Source of the DNA: a virus
Length of the DNA: 64,000 bases
Strand: one strand, 5' to 3'
IMG/VR virus record: IMGVR_UViG_3300040856_002293
Location: 6,805 to 70,804 of that record
Each line of letters begins with the position of its first letter. The stretch's first letter is position 1. Below are positions 63,199 through 64,000 of this stretch, one piece after another. Made by a program: the position numbers and the translations under genes. Below the pieces are notes generated by a model. It ran no database searches. It saw only the letters and a program-made list of their open reading frames with translations, and was not told the DNA's origin.

Positions 63199-64000
63199 TG
63201 GCAGTACCTACGTCAGGTGATTTCGATATGTTTGGTTTAGGAGATAGTACCACCATCCAAGGTGCTATTGAATCTCATGGAGGAGCAGTCTCATCTGTAG
63301 CAGATTTCCAAGGATTAATAGCAGAGTCTGTATATTATTATTTTGATCCTACATATGCAGCTAACGTTACAGACCCACCCACAGATGTTTCAGGTTCAGA
63401 GCAGTTTAGAGGATATCCAAAAGGACCTTTTTTTTATGTTGCTAAAGATTGTCAAGGAGTTCAATCTGATATAATTTTGAGGTTTTCCACACCAAGATAT
63501 CCTTTAGGAGTTGGAACTATTAGTTATAAATTTAATGGTGTTTGCTATTATTTAAATAGTGCTACACCTACATCATCTACTAATCAATCAACACAAAGTT
63601 ATAGTGATTGTACTTTATGTGTTTCTACGTTGTCAACACCAACTCCTACACCAACAATAACTCCTACTCCTACTTCAACACCAACAATAACTCCTACTCC
63701 TACTTCAACACCAACAATTACTCCTACTCCTACTTCAACACCAACAATTACTCCTACTCCTACTTCAACACCAACAATTACTCCTACACCAGTACCTCCT
63801 ACACCAACACCAACAATTACTCCTACTCCTACTTCAACACCAACAATTACTCCTACACCAGTACCTCCTACACCAACACCAACAATTACTCCTACTCCTA
63901 CTTCAACACCAACAATTACTCCTACTCCTACTTCAACACCAACAATTACTCCTACACCAGTACCTCCTACACCAACACCAACAATTACTCCTACTCCTAC
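63198..64000 (+). CDS. Pro/Thr-repeat structural protein (partial, runs off the window)
   Basis: GTG overlapping the previous TAG; frame open to the window end; MAVPTSGDF...([10 protein letters not shown])n. Confidence 0.8.
   Translation, partial: MAVPTSGDFDMFGLGDSTTIQGAIESHGGAVSSVADFQGLIAESVYYYFDPTYAANVTDPPTDVSGSEQFRGYPKGPFFYVAKDCQGVQSDIILRFSTPRYPLGVGTISYKFNGVCYYLNSATPTSSTNQSTQSYSDCTLCVSTLSTPTPTPTITPTPTSTPTITPTPTSTPTITPTPTSTPTITPTPTSTPTITPTPVPPTPTPTITPTPTSTPTITPTPVPPTPTPTITPTPTSTPTITPTPTSTPTITPTPVPPTPTPTITPTP
63636..64000 (+). repeat. 30-bp tandem repeat encoding [10 protein letters not shown], interspersed with PVPP units
   Basis: ACACCAACAAT(A/T)ACTCCTACTCCTACTTCA repeated. Confidence 0.95.

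Noticed and set aside
1-64000. Stop-codon reassignment
   Set aside because: Standard-code ORFs tile the window densely, long genes are intact, and TAG, TGA and TAA all end genes next to the following start.
1-64000. tRNA or rRNA genes
   Set aside because: No cloverleaf with a T-loop GTTCRA and acceptor stem was recognised by eye in the intergenic gaps; tRNAscan would be decisive.

Overview
A 64-kb, very AT-rich segment of a large tailed phage: a myovirus-like phage with T4 gp25/gp6-type baseplate genes and a gp55-like late sigma factor. Its early promoters match the Bacteroidota consensus TTTG..TAnnTTTG, so the host is probably a Bacteroidota bacterium. Layout: (1) about 2.1-13.8 kb is an early cassette region of small genes, each with its own repeated promoter, hairpin or terminator. 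It holds seven copies of an unexplained 47-bp bipartite element (CTTATAAGGAT-N20-ATTTCGTGTTTGACCC) and is strongly enriched in CCSGG sites. (2) About 13.9-33 kb is accessory genes. Many share an N-terminal 'MIKLxxLLxE' leader (probable head-packaged effectors such as a kinase). Others encode an LRR protein, a TonB-C lipoprotein, two more C5 methyltransferases (one with a fully overlapping +1-frame subunit carrying six repeated modules), an endolysin and Hsp20. (3) About 33-55 kb is the late sigma factor plus baseplate and structural genes, including a probable -1 frameshift gene. (4) About 55-64 kb has more leader-bearing genes (ADP-ribosyltransferase, HD, ParB-like), an attC-like palindrome, GIY-YIG nucleases, primase and tail-fibre genes. 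No tRNA, rRNA, CRISPR array or reverse transcriptase was seen. Family calls come from motif recognition by eye, not database searches, and all counts are manual.
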